Shown piece after piece: positions 28,584 through 38,025 of a DNA stretch of 51,618 nt. The notes below the pieces were generated by a model. That model was not told where the DNA came from, searched no databases, and saw nothing but the letters and a program-made list of their open reading frames with translations. Origin of the DNA: Nitrospirota bacterium (GTDB lineage: Bacteria > Nitrospirota > Thermodesulfovibrionia > UBA6902). Position 1 is the first letter of the stretch. The number at the start of each line of letters is the position of its first letter. Location: contig PIVU01000003.1 in NCBI GenBank assembly GCA_003354025.1, positions 1 through 51,618 on the forward strand, written 5' to 3'. Made by a program: the position numbers and the translations under genes.

Positions 28584-29573
28584 TTAGTGACTGTATGCAA
28601 GAGCAACTGCATATGTTTCACCAAGCGCAGCATTTTTAGTATGCTTCAAACCAAAAAAGTCTGATATGTCCGTATTATAAGAAAATACCAGCTGCAGCCC
28701 TGGCTTTAATGTAAAAGCCAGGTCTACCCCCCCACTAAAGGTATCCTGCTCAAGGGCAAGAGAATCTTTAATAACTACCGGTTTACCATGAGCTTTTGAT
28801 ACGCTGCCCTGGTCATAGAATAACTGCGCCATTACGTCTGAAACTTCTGCATTACCGACTGAATCAGAATAGGCAAACTGTCCCCTGATCGATAACCATG
28901 GAGTTGCATTGTAACCGCCACTCAATGCAACTTTAAACTGATCAGACGGTTTAAACGTAGCATCGTTGGGAAGCTGTTCATTTTCAAACCGGTAAACATA
29001 TGAAATATCAAGTACTGAGTACCCCCAGTTGAATCCCCTACCAAATTTTAGTTTTGAAGTTAAATCATACTGTCCCTCTCCAAGGGGTTGATGCGTTGCA
29101 GGATTTGCATAGTCATATGCTTCAGGAATTTTCACACCAAATTCAATTGACGATAACACTCCCGTGCCGGCAATATTATCAATCAATTTATGCCTAAGTC
29201 CAACATTTATGTCACCAACTCCGCTGGGACCCCTTTTATCGGTTTCTATCATTACATCATGAGACTTTACCCAGTTCCATGGGATTGAAAAAATACCAGT
29301 AATCTTATCTGTAATACCATACTCAAGATAGTAGGTTACTGCAGTGCTTGTAAATTCTTCCGAGTCAACCCTGTGGACTTCAGTATCCAAACCCACTATA
29401 GCACCAGCGCTATCATGCTGCAAAGTAGTAAATTTCTGAGTGGTCTGATAATGACTTAAACTAAGCTGATTATAAGAATGCCCTTTTGCCTGGGTCCATG
29501 CTGCCATAGCAGCATCTGTTATAAATAAACATACTGCTGTTAATAACAACGATACGACTACTCCTTTTTTCAT
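28584..29573 (-). CDS. Outer-membrane beta-barrel protein (MetA/phenol-degradation-like transporter type)
   Basis: Signal peptide ...FITDAAMA-AW. Alternating hydrophobic/aromatic beta-strand pattern throughout. AAGGAG 8 nt upstream of the ATG at 29573 (MKKGVV). Confidence 0.65.
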   Translation of the reverse strand: MKKGVVVSLLLTAVCLFITDAAMAAWTQAKGHSYNQLSLSHYQTTQKFTTLQHDSAGAIVGLDTEVHRVDSEEFTSTAVTYYLEYGITDKITGIFSIPWNWVKSHDVMIETDKRGPSGVGDINVGLRHKLIDNIAGTGVLSSIEFGVKIPEAYDYANPATHQPLGEGQYDLTSKLKFGRGFNWGYSVLDISYVYRFENEQLPNDATFKPSDQFKVALSGGYNATPWLSIRGQFAYSDSVGNAEVSDVMAQLFYDQGSVSKAHGKPVVIKDSLALEQDTFSGGVDLAFTLKPGLQLVFSYNTDISDFFGLKHTKNAALGETYAVALAYSH

Positions 29574-29621
29574 AAATAACACTCCTTTTAATAGAATTTA
29601 CTTAAACATCGTTTTTATATT

Positions 29622-31142
29622 TCATGCAGCAATAACATCTTCTGTGTTTCTTTTAGAACTAAACAGGCGAACAATTCGATTTGAGGCACTGCCTCCTATG
29701 ATTACCTGGAATATGGATAAGAAAGCAACATAGAAGTATCCCACCTGGAACATCATAAGGAACGGGATTGATATATAAATCTTATTTATAAATGCAAAGT
29801 ATATGTTAAAAGTAAAATATATGCCCAGCAGCAATTCAACGATCACCAGCATATTAATTTCACCCTTATATTTCTTGCCATGCCACCTGTCCTTCTTTTT
29901 CTCAATACTATATTTTGGAGTACGTTTAAATTCCGTCTCTCTATTAAACAGCGCTTCAAGAACTGCTTTTGAATTATTAACTGAAAGACCTATTCCGAGG
30001 GACATTAACATAGGCAGGTAAAGAAGTCTCGACTTCCAATCCTTGTAAGCCTCTTTCTGTGAAGCAATATAAAAGAAAGATATACCAACAGTAGCAACAA
30101 GCAAAAACGGTACATCAGCTACGACCATCCGAAACCATCCTATATTTATCCTTGCAACCATGGACGGATAAATTAAAACAGACAACACGAGCATAAGAAA
30201 GTAAGAAATATTATTTGTGAGGTGAAAAAAAGCCTCAACTTTAACTTTTAATGGCAGGTCGCTCTTTAAAATCTGAGGGAGAAGTTTCTTGGCAGTTTGT
30301 ATCGAACCTTTTGCCCATCTGTTCTGCTGGCTCTTAAAGCCGTTGATCTCAACAGGGATTTCAGATGGTGACAGTTCATCTTTAAGGTATACGAATTTCC
30401 AGCCCTTTAACTGAGACCTGTAACTTAAATCCAGGTCCTCTGTAAGGGTGTCATGCTCCCACCCTCCGGCTGTTTCTATAGCTTCTTTCCTCCAGATACC
30501 CGCTGTTCCATTAAAATTAAAGAACCTGCCGGACCAGTTTCTGGCAGTATGCTCGATAACAAAATGCCCATCCAGCATAATGGCCTGTATCTTCGTTAAA
30601 AAAGAATATTTTCTATTTAAATAACTCCATCTGGTCTGGACCATTCCAACTTTCTTGTCAACAAAAAAATCAATAGTCTTCTTGAAAATGTCCCTTTGAG
30701 GAATAAAATCCGCATCAAACACTGCAATGAATGCACCTTTAGCAGTCTTAAGACCATTCTGAAGCGCACCTCCCTTAAATCCCACCCTGTTTTCACGATG
30801 AATGTAACTGATATCAAAACCCTTCCCACTGAGTTCCTCTACGCACTTCCTGGCAACGTCTTTTGTTTCGTCAGTTGAATCATCAAGAACCTGTATATCC
30901 ATAAGTTCTTTAGGGTAGTCAACATCACATGCAGCATTCAGCAACCTGCGAGTAACATACATTTCATTATAAATCGGGAGTTGTATTGTAATACGCGGCA
31001 GGCTTTCCATCTTGCCCTGCGGTACCGGCTTATTCTTTTTATTCTTATAATACAGATACACCATGTAGTAGCGGTGGGATGCATATATGAAAACTGTCAC
31101 TAAAATACAGAAATATACTGCAAGAAATAAATATAGTAGCAC
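29622..31142 (-). CDS. Processive family 2 glycosyltransferase/polysaccharide synthase (cellulose-synthase-like, CslA/NodC-like) with N- and C-terminal TM helices
   Basis: D, DxD, TED and QxxRW signature: VLDDSTDET, VFDADFIP, TLTEDLDLSY, QQNRWAKGS. One N-terminal and several C-terminal TM segments. GTG start with AAGGA upstream. Confidence 0.82.
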   Translation of the reverse strand: MLLYLFLAVYFCILVTVFIYASHRYYMVYLYYKNKKNKPVPQGKMESLPRITIQLPIYNEMYVTRRLLNAACDVDYPKELMDIQVLDDSTDETKDVARKCVEELSGKGFDISYIHRENRVGFKGGALQNGLKTAKGAFIAVFDADFIPQRDIFKKTIDFFVDKKVGMVQTRWSYLNRKYSFLTKIQAIMLDGHFVIEHTARNWSGRFFNFNGTAGIWRKEAIETAGGWEHDTLTEDLDLSYRSQLKGWKFVYLKDELSPSEIPVEINGFKSQQNRWAKGSIQTAKKLLPQILKSDLPLKVKVEAFFHLTNNISYFLMLVLSVLIYPSMVARINIGWFRMVVADVPFLLVATVGISFFYIASQKEAYKDWKSRLLYLPMLMSLGIGLSVNNSKAVLEALFNRETEFKRTPKYSIEKKKDRWHGKKYKGEINMLVIVELLLGIYFTFNIYFAFINKIYISIPFLMMFQVGYFYVAFLSIFQVIIGGSASNRIVRLFSSKRNTEDVIAA

Positions 31143-31377
31143 TGAAATGTCCTTTAATTAAAAAAATAGAGTCAAGAGAAAAAATCCGTGAAAAAGTATA
31201 ACACACTCTTTATTATAGGGGCAATTAGAAATCCTTATACAACGATTATCACCATAATACGCAACCTGAACATGTGTATATTCACTGATTTGGCATCAAA
31301 ACAATAAACAGAGTTTATCGAAGCCTGAGCATTTAATTATTTCTTTTAATTTCAATAATAATTGGAAATATAGTAAA

Positions 31378-31722
31378 ATGGATACAATGAGTCAGCAAAT
31401 TGATAATTCTGATCCCAACTCTCCGTTAAACTGGACATTAACTCTGAAAGCTCTTGCTGATGAGAATCGGCTCCAGATAATCCATGAACTTCTTAAGCAG
31501 GAAGCTTCCGTACAGGACCTGTCAAACACCTTGAACATTAAGATGTATAACATATCAAAACATTTGAAAATACTGGAAAATGGGGGGCTGGTAAAGAAGA
31601 GGAAAGAAGGCGTCCATAGAATATATCATATTACAGACACCTTCATGTCCCGCCTTTCTGAGGACAATCAAGTGCTTGATTTAGGGTGCTGCAAGTTCAT
31701 GTTCGGCAGTTCATCCAAATAG
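31378..31722 (+). CDS. ArsR/SmtB-family winged-helix transcriptional regulator
   Basis: LKALADENRLQIIHELLKQEASVQDLSNTLNIKMYNISKHLKILENGGLVKKRKEG is a typical ArsR HTH. Confidence 0.85.
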   Translation: MDTMSQQIDNSDPNSPLNWTLTLKALADENRLQIIHELLKQEASVQDLSNTLNIKMYNISKHLKILENGGLVKKRKEGVHRIYHITDTFMSRLSEDNQVLDLGCCKFMFGSSSK

Positions 31723-31827
31723 TAGCTTACTGTCTGACAGGAACCATCCTTAATACTCAACTATCATACCCTTCAAGTAAATCTATAGCCCTGGTAGCAC
31801 AATTAACACAACTCTGGATTTAAAAAG

Positions 31828-32178
31828 CTACACTTCTTCTAGTGGCAAATCGCTCGCTGTCCATTCATCAATACCGCCCTCATAAACCTTTACATTAGGT
31901 ATATTGAGAAGCTTTAACCCCAGCGCAACTTTTTTAGAGGCAACACAATCCTTATGTTTACAATATATTATTATCTCATCGAAAGACATTAATTCATTTC
32001 GCCTGTTAATAACTTCCTTATAAGGAATCGTAGTAGCACCCTTTATCCTGAATCTGTTCCCATCATAGGTACCAATAGTATCAACAAGAACAAAATTAGC
32101 ATCACTATTAATTTTGTCTAAAAGTTCCTTTTTATTTATGCATTCCAATGAATAGTTTAAATCGATCTTATATGACAT
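31828..32178 (-). CDS. Single-domain rhodanese-like sulfurtransferase
   Basis: 116 aa. FVLVDT...GATTIPY...IIIYCKHKDCVASKKVA...VKVYEGGIDEW is a rhodanese layout with the active-site Cys loop. Confidence 0.75.
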   Translation of the reverse strand: MSYKIDLNYSLECINKKELLDKINSDANFVLVDTIGTYDGNRFRIKGATTIPYKEVINRRNELMSFDEIIIYCKHKDCVASKKVALGLKLLNIPNVKVYEGGIDEWTASDLPLEEV

Positions 32179-32373
32179 TAATCACCTCATTTTTATATAA
32201 AAACTAACATGTACTCAACCTGGCTGTCAATTTAGTTTGCACAACATCCATCAATAAATAATAATATTTTAATAAGTTAAACATGCCCAAAACAGTGGTT
32301 TACTCTATTATCATTTTGCAAAACAAATAGCTCTCTGTTTATTTTGTAGCAACTGTTCAGTTAAATTAAATAT

Positions 32374-35300
32374 ATGGCTAAATCCCGAAAAAGATACGGA
32401 ATGCTGATAGACCTCAACAAGTGTGTCGGTTGTTACGCCTGTCAGGCAACATGCAAAGCTGAATACAATATTCCACTGGGATCTTTCCGCTGCCGCCTCG
32501 AAACATATACATCGGGAATTTATCCTGCTATCAGCAAGACTTTTCTACCGCGCCTTTGTAATCACTGCGACAAAGCGCCCTGCATAGAAGCATGCCAGGA
32601 AAATGCATTATACAAAAATCAGGATGGCATCGTAATGTTTAATAAAGATAATTGCAGCGGCTGCAATCAGTGTAAGGACCAATGCCCTTATGGTGCTATC
32701 GATAATAATCCATTAACGGGCATAATGGAAAAGTGTGACTTTTGCTATAGCAGCAGGGTTTCAAAAGGCATGCTGCCTGTTTGTGTTCAAAGCTGCATGG
32801 GCAACGCTATTACCTTTTGCGACATGAACGATCCCACAAGCAAAATCCATAAATCTTTAACCGATAGTACATTAAAAACAGTAAGCTCCGAAGTTGCTAC
32901 AAATCCATCTGTTTTTTATCTATACAATGGCGACATTGAGCATATACCTTTATCCCGTTATGAGAAAATTAAAATCCCTGCAACACGCCGCGTTCATGAA
33001 GCTATACCGGATAATCCTGAAAATGCATCACATTTAATAAATACTTCAGATGCCATGTGCCCTTCCGAATGTGGAATATCGGTGCTCGTTGAAAAGGGAG
33101 TTGCAAAAAAGATCTACGGCAATCCCCACTCATTGGTAAACAACGGCTCATTCTGCGCAAAAGGCGCAGCAGGTCTGCAACTCACATACTCTCCTCACCG
33201 CATCAAGACCCCAATGCTCCGGACTGGTGAACGGGGCAAAGGTGAATGGAAAGAGGTTTCATGGGAGGAGGCCGCTGATTTCATTGCAGATAAATTAATC
33301 AGCATAAAAAAGGAATACGGTCATGAGTCTGTCGTCATGGATAGCGGTGATGTAACTGACAGGGAAGCATATTACCGATTATTTCATGCATTCGGCACTC
33401 CCAACACATATAATCAGGGCAGTGTATGCGATCCAAACCGTAAGTGGGGACAGGGCATTATGCTGGGAGATGATCGACCGCTCCCTGACATTCAACGGCC
33501 TGTCCTGATAAGGGACGAAGATGGAGAATTGCAGCTCAAAAAAGACCACGATATAAAGCTTCTTATGAATATCGGAGCAAATCCGCTGACAGCAACTCGT
33601 TTCAACTATATGTCAAAAGGGATTCCCGCCGCAAGAGTGGAAAACAAGTGCCGTTATATAGTCATTGACCCTTCTCATACAAACTCCGCTGCCCATGCAG
33701 ATATCTGGCTCCCCATAATACCGGGCTCTGATGCTGCTTTTCTTGCAGCCATGCTCTACTACATAATAAAAAATGATTCTGCAGTTGATCCGACAAAAAA
33801 ATACATTGACCACGGATTTATAAACAGATATACCGAAGGCTGGGACGAATTCAGCGATTCATTCCTCTCCTTCACAAAAAAAATAGATCCATCCAATAAT
33901 CTGCATTATTTCACTCCTGAGTGGACAGAAGAAAGAACGGGCATCTCCGTTGCAGATATTAAGAGGGTCTCGCACCTGTTCGGCATTACAAAACCTGCAG
34001 CCATAGAAATCGGAATGCACGGTACAGCACACCATACAAATGGTGACGTCACGTCAATTATTATGACAGCCCTATGCCTTGCAACAGGCAATATGGACGT
34101 CCCCGGCGGACTAGTTTTTGTAGATTCACAAAAAGCTAAAAAAGGCGGCAGGACTACCGGCAGGGCATTTCTGGAAAAAACTGTTTCCAGGACTATAAAC
34201 GGCATTGATGTTACGGGCAAACTCTCAGAGCTGAATAAAGACCTGTTCGGCGATTTTCCTGCGGCATGGAAAGGGGTCCTTGTGGACCTGCCGACAAAAA
34301 TCAGGGATGGAGTTAAGCTCAAACACGGTCCATTCAAAGATCACTCTTACGCTGTAAAAGCATTTATAACCAGAGCGGGAAATCCGGTTATTACATCTGG
34401 AAGCACTCCTGACTGGATCGATGCAATTACACAAAAAGACAGCAGCGGGAACTATCTGCTCGAGCTAATGGTCTTTATTGATACACACATAACCGTATCA
34501 GGGGAATATGCTGATGTTATTCTTCCCGAAGCGGGTTTTCTTGAAAGAATGGGGACCAGCGACGTTTATACAATGAGTCCTGAAATCGCGATTAGAGACC
34601 AGGTCATAAAGCCACTTCACGAATCAAAGACTCCTTTCGAAATAATGATGACTCTGAGCCGGGCACTTATAAACAGAGGCGACACTGATATAAGAGAATC
34701 AGATTTTGCAGCATATGAGAATGAAGAAGCCTTTATTGACGAGATCCTGAGCGAAGCCCCCGGGTTCTACAATCTGGGAACTCCCCTGCCCTATCCGGAA
34801 CTGCCGGAAGGCTGTCTCATAGTCGGAACGCCCGACAATCCCGGAGCTGTATGGGGGACAAAAACAATCAGAGAGGGGGATCTGCTCACCGTTGAATGGC
34901 TCAGAAAAAACAATGGAGTTGCTGTATGGCCGGCAAGCTATTACAGGTATAAAAAGCAGGACAACTCCCCTTCAGGCCTCTATCCGTCAACATCCTCAAA
35001 AAAATTTGAATTCAGCTTTAATTATCTAAATAATATAAACAATAAGTTCAACACTGAATTCCCAACAACATTTTACTGGTCCGAGTGCAAATGGCACCCG
35101 AAAAATCCTGAATTCTCAGAGACCTTTAAGGAGTATCCGTTCCAGCTTATTACAGGCAGGGCCCATTACTCAATGACAATGACGGGAGTATGCCCCGGAC
35201 TCGCTGAGACCGAAACTGAATGCATGAAACCGCTTAATGATGATTTTAAATATACAGAGCCGAATTTAGAGGGGGGGAAAGAGGTCCACTTCAAATCCGG

Positions 35301-35619
35301 CACAATATCAATCCCTGTCCTCGCACTGAACAGGACTGACGGTGAGCAGCTTGGAATAAAAACCGGGGACATTATCGCACTCGAAAACCCTTTAAATAAG
35401 ACTCTTCAGGGTAAAGTCTATCTAACCGAAGAGGTAATGCCAGGCGTAATAAAAACCGTCTTTGGTCCCGGCGGCCAGAACGCCTCGGGTATGCAATTCA
35501 CTAATAATACGTCCCGTTACACACCCAACATAAATGAGCTTCACGACCCAAACAACATATCCCCCTACACAGGAATGCCCGGATTCGGGGACATCATGGT
35601 TAAAGTGATTAAGCCTTGA
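32374..35619 (+). CDS. Single-chain fusion: 4x[4Fe-4S] electron-transfer (PsrB/DmsB/NrfC-like) domain plus Mo/W-bis-PGD catalytic (DMSO reductase superfamily) domain
   Basis: The N-terminus has four Cys groups: CVGCYACQATC, CNHCDKAPCIEAC, CSGCNQCKDQCP and CDFC...CVQSC. From about residue 226 there is an FS0-like motif DAMCPSEC-x27-C, then a candidate Mo ligand NQGSVC(352)DPN, and a C-terminal molybdopterin-binding barrel (FQLITGR..., GDIIALENP..., VMPGVIKT). Confidence 0.85.
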   Translation: MAKSRKRYGMLIDLNKCVGCYACQATCKAEYNIPLGSFRCRLETYTSGIYPAISKTFLPRLCNHCDKAPCIEACQENALYKNQDGIVMFNKDNCSGCNQCKDQCPYGAIDNNPLTGIMEKCDFCYSSRVSKGMLPVCVQSCMGNAITFCDMNDPTSKIHKSLTDSTLKTVSSEVATNPSVFYLYNGDIEHIPLSRYEKIKIPATRRVHEAIPDNPENASHLINTSDAMCPSECGISVLVEKGVAKKIYGNPHSLVNNGSFCAKGAAGLQLTYSPHRIKTPMLRTGERGKGEWKEVSWEEAADFIADKLISIKKEYGHESVVMDSGDVTDREAYYRLFHAFGTPNTYNQGSVCDPNRKWGQGIMLGDDRPLPDIQRPVLIRDEDGELQLKKDHDIKLLMNIGANPLTATRFNYMSKGIPAARVENKCRYIVIDPSHTNSAAHADIWLPIIPGSDAAFLAAMLYYIIKNDSAVDPTKKYIDHGFINRYTEGWDEFSDSFLSFTKKIDPSNNLHYFTPEWTEERTGISVADIKRVSHLFGITKPAAIEIGMHGTAHHTNGDVTSIIMTALCLATGNMDVPGGLVFVDSQKAKKGGRTTGRAFLEKTVSRTINGIDVTGKLSELNKDLFGDFPAAWKGVLVDLPTKIRDGVKLKHGPFKDHSYAVKAFITRAGNPVITSGSTPDWIDAITQKDSSGNYLLELMVFIDTHITVSGEYADVILPEAGFLERMGTSDVYTMSPEIAIRDQVIKPLHESKTPFEIMMTLSRALINRGDTDIRESDFAAYENEEAFIDEILSEAPGFYNLGTPLPYPELPEGCLIVGTPDNPGAVWGTKTIREGDLLTVEWLRKNNGVAVWPASYYRYKKQDNSPSGLYPSTSSKKFEFSFNYLNNINNKFNTEFPTTFYWSECKWHPKNPEFSETFKEYPFQLITGRAHYSMTMTGVCPGLAETETECMKPLNDDFKYTEPNLEGGKEVHFKSGTISIPVLALNRTDGEQLGIKTGDIIALENPLNKTLQGKVYLTEEVMPGVIKTVFGPGGQNASGMQFTNNTSRYTPNINELHDPNNISPYTGMPGFGDIMVKVIKP

Positions 35620-35743
35620 GCTGTCTAATGATTTCCGATGCCCTTGAAAAAACTCCGCTTTATTGATAAATTAACTTTAACAAATTACAGCTCCTTATTT
35701 GATGCAGCCAGTTATGGTTTACATTTAACCTGCGGGGATAACA

Positions 35744-36811
35744 ATGCCTGATCTGAAAAAGCTACGAAACAAAATTGATAAACTCGACAATGAAATTGTC
35801 AAATTACTGAACGAGAGAGCAGAAGTAGTCCTGCAGGTCGGCAAGACAAAACAGGATCGGCAATTGAAGGTCCATTCTCCGGAAAGAGAACAGGCCATAT
35901 TAAAGAAGTTAACCGATAAGAATCCCGGCCCATTCCCTAACGATGCTCTGAGAGTAGTCTACGAAGAGATTATCTCAGCCTCCGTCGCCCTTCAGCAGCC
36001 TTTAAAAATCGCATACCTCGGCCCTGCCGCTACTTTTACACATTTGGCTGCCAGGAGAAAGTTCGGATCTTCTTCAAATTATATTCCTGAAGGCACTATT
36101 AAAGAAGTATTTGAATCCGTGTTCAGGGGCAAGGCCAACTACGGTGTTGTTCCTATTGAAAACTCTACAGAGGGCGTCGTCAACTACACTCTGGATATGT
36201 TCATGGATTCTGATTTAATGGTTGCATCGGAAATCATGCTTGAGATATCACACAATCTCATGTCAAAAACCGGCAAGATAAAGGATATAAAAAAAATATA
36301 TTCACATCCTCAGGCAAAGGCCCAGTGCAGGAGCTTTCTTGAAAGGACTTTCCCCGGTATCCCGGTTATTGATGAACTAAGCACTGCAGCAGCCGCAAAA
36401 AGGGTATCAAAAAATCCGACTGCAGCAGCCGTTGCCAGTGAGCTTTCAGCTTCGGTTTACAATCTCAAATTCATAGATAAGAACATTGAAGACTATAAGA
36501 GAAACATGACAAGGTTTCTCATCATATCAAAGGAGTCTCCGGGCAAAACAGGCAAAGACAAGACATCCATTATGTTCTCGATTAAAGACAAACCCGGAGC
36601 TCTGTTTCTTATCCTGAATCCATTTGCAAAACACAAACTAAATCTAACTAAGATCGAATCACGGCCTTCCAAGAGGAAAGCCTGGGAATATATATTTTTC
36701 GTAGATATGGAAGGGCATATCGAAGACAAAAACGTTGGCAGGGCCATAAAGGAAATCCAGAAGGAATGCCTGTTTTTCAAAGTACTTGGCTCATACCCTT
36801 CCGCTGACTAA
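35744..36811 (+). CDS. pheA: Bifunctional chorismate mutase/prephenate dehydratase (P-protein)
   Basis: CM region LRNKIDKLDNEIVKLLNERA. PDT region IAYLGPAATFTH...ESR. C-terminal ACT region. Confidence 0.9.
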   Translation: MPDLKKLRNKIDKLDNEIVKLLNERAEVVLQVGKTKQDRQLKVHSPEREQAILKKLTDKNPGPFPNDALRVVYEEIISASVALQQPLKIAYLGPAATFTHLAARRKFGSSSNYIPEGTIKEVFESVFRGKANYGVVPIENSTEGVVNYTLDMFMDSDLMVASEIMLEISHNLMSKTGKIKDIKKIYSHPQAKAQCRSFLERTFPGIPVIDELSTAAAAKRVSKNPTAAAVASELSASVYNLKFIDKNIEDYKRNMTRFLIISKESPGKTGKDKTSIMFSIKDKPGALFLILNPFAKHKLNLTKIESRPSKRKAWEYIFFVDMEGHIEDKNVGRAIKEIQKECLFFKVLGSYPSAD

Positions 36812-36871
36812 AACAGTTACTTTTTTTTAATATAGCCTGCCCTCAGGCAGCTTAAAACCAGAGGTGTCCAC

Positions 36872-37945
36872 ATGATTAAAGCGCCAAAACATATCAGCAG
36901 TATTCAGCCATACCAGCCTGGAAAGCCTATTGAAGAACTTGAAAGGGAACTTGGCATCACAGATTCAGTTAAACTTGCTTCCAATGAAAACCCTGTAGGC
37001 CCTTCTCCCCGCGCCGTCAAGGAGCTTCAAAAAAACCTTGCCGACCTTAACCGGTACCCTGACGGAAGCTGTTACTACCTCCGTAGTGCTCTTGCAAAAA
37101 AGCTAAGGGTTAAGCAGGGCAGCCTCATATTCGGAAATGGGTCCAATGAAATAATCGAGCTTGCAGTCAGAACATTTATCAGCTCCGGCGACCAGGCAAT
37201 TATGGCACATCCGTCCTTTGTTGTTTATTCAACAATTGTACAGGCTGCCAAGGGCAAGAGCGTTGTAGTCCCCTTGAAAGACATGAAGCATGACCTGAAA
37301 ACAATGGCATCGAAAATAACTAAAAAGACTAAAATGATATTCATCGCAAACCCCAACAACCCCACAGGCACTATCAACACTAAAAAAGAGATGGATGCAT
37401 TTATGAAGAAAGTTCCTGACGGAGTTCTTGTTGTAGTTGATGAAGCTTATTATGAGTATGTCGAATCCAGGGACTACCCTGACAGCATGAACTATTTAAA
37501 AAAAGGCAGGGACATTCTCATACTGAGGACCTTTTCCAAAATATATGGTCTTGCCGCACTCAGAATTGGATACGGTATTTCTACAGCAGGCATAGTAGAA
37601 GAAATGAATAAAATTCGTCAGCCATTCAACGTAAATACATTGTCGCAAAAAGCAGCGCTTGCTGCATTAAAGGACGATAAGCACCTTAAAAAAGCTAACA
37701 GTGTAAATCATAAGGGCAAAAAATATCTGTACAAAGAGCTGGACAAGCTGAATATTAAATATATCCCGACAGAAGCTAACTTCATTTTCATGCTTCTTGG
37801 AAATGAGTCAGCCCCCAAACTTTATAAATCCCTCCTTAAACAAGGCGTTATTATAAGACCTATGGGGCCTGCTGCAGCCAGAGTCACTATCGGCTTACCT
37901 GCTGAAAACAAACGATTCATAGAGGCGCTGAAAAAGACTAAATAA
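36872..37945 (+). CDS. hisC: Histidinol-phosphate/aromatic aminotransferase
   Basis: KLASNENPVGPSP, DEAYYEY and TFSKIYGLAALRIGY (PLP Lys). Confidence 0.88.
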   Translation: MIKAPKHISSIQPYQPGKPIEELERELGITDSVKLASNENPVGPSPRAVKELQKNLADLNRYPDGSCYYLRSALAKKLRVKQGSLIFGNGSNEIIELAVRTFISSGDQAIMAHPSFVVYSTIVQAAKGKSVVVPLKDMKHDLKTMASKITKKTKMIFIANPNNPTGTINTKKEMDAFMKKVPDGVLVVVDEAYYEYVESRDYPDSMNYLKKGRDILILRTFSKIYGLAALRIGYGISTAGIVEEMNKIRQPFNVNTLSQKAALAALKDDKHLKKANSVNHKGKKYLYKELDKLNIKYIPTEANFIFMLLGNESAPKLYKSLLKQGVIIRPMGPAAARVTIGLPAENKRFIEALKKTK

Positions 37946-38025
37946 CTATACAAAATTTGAACGAGAAATTTTTTCATACGATTCTTTATAATTAGTACTT
38001 GCCGCTAATCGCAAATTATAAAGAC

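Noticed and set aside
32225-32250. Sigma54 -24/-12 promoter (ctggctgtcaatttagtttgca) upstream of the fused Mo enzyme
   Set aside because: The GG-to-GC spacing is 17 nt rather than the required 12 nt, so it does not fit the TGGCAC-N5-TTGC geometry.
32374-35619. Selenocysteine-containing or Tat-exported molybdoenzyme
   Set aside because: The ORF is uninterrupted, with no in-frame TGA. The N-terminus is the FeS domain, without an RR-hydrophobic signal. Only a vestigial internal RR is present.
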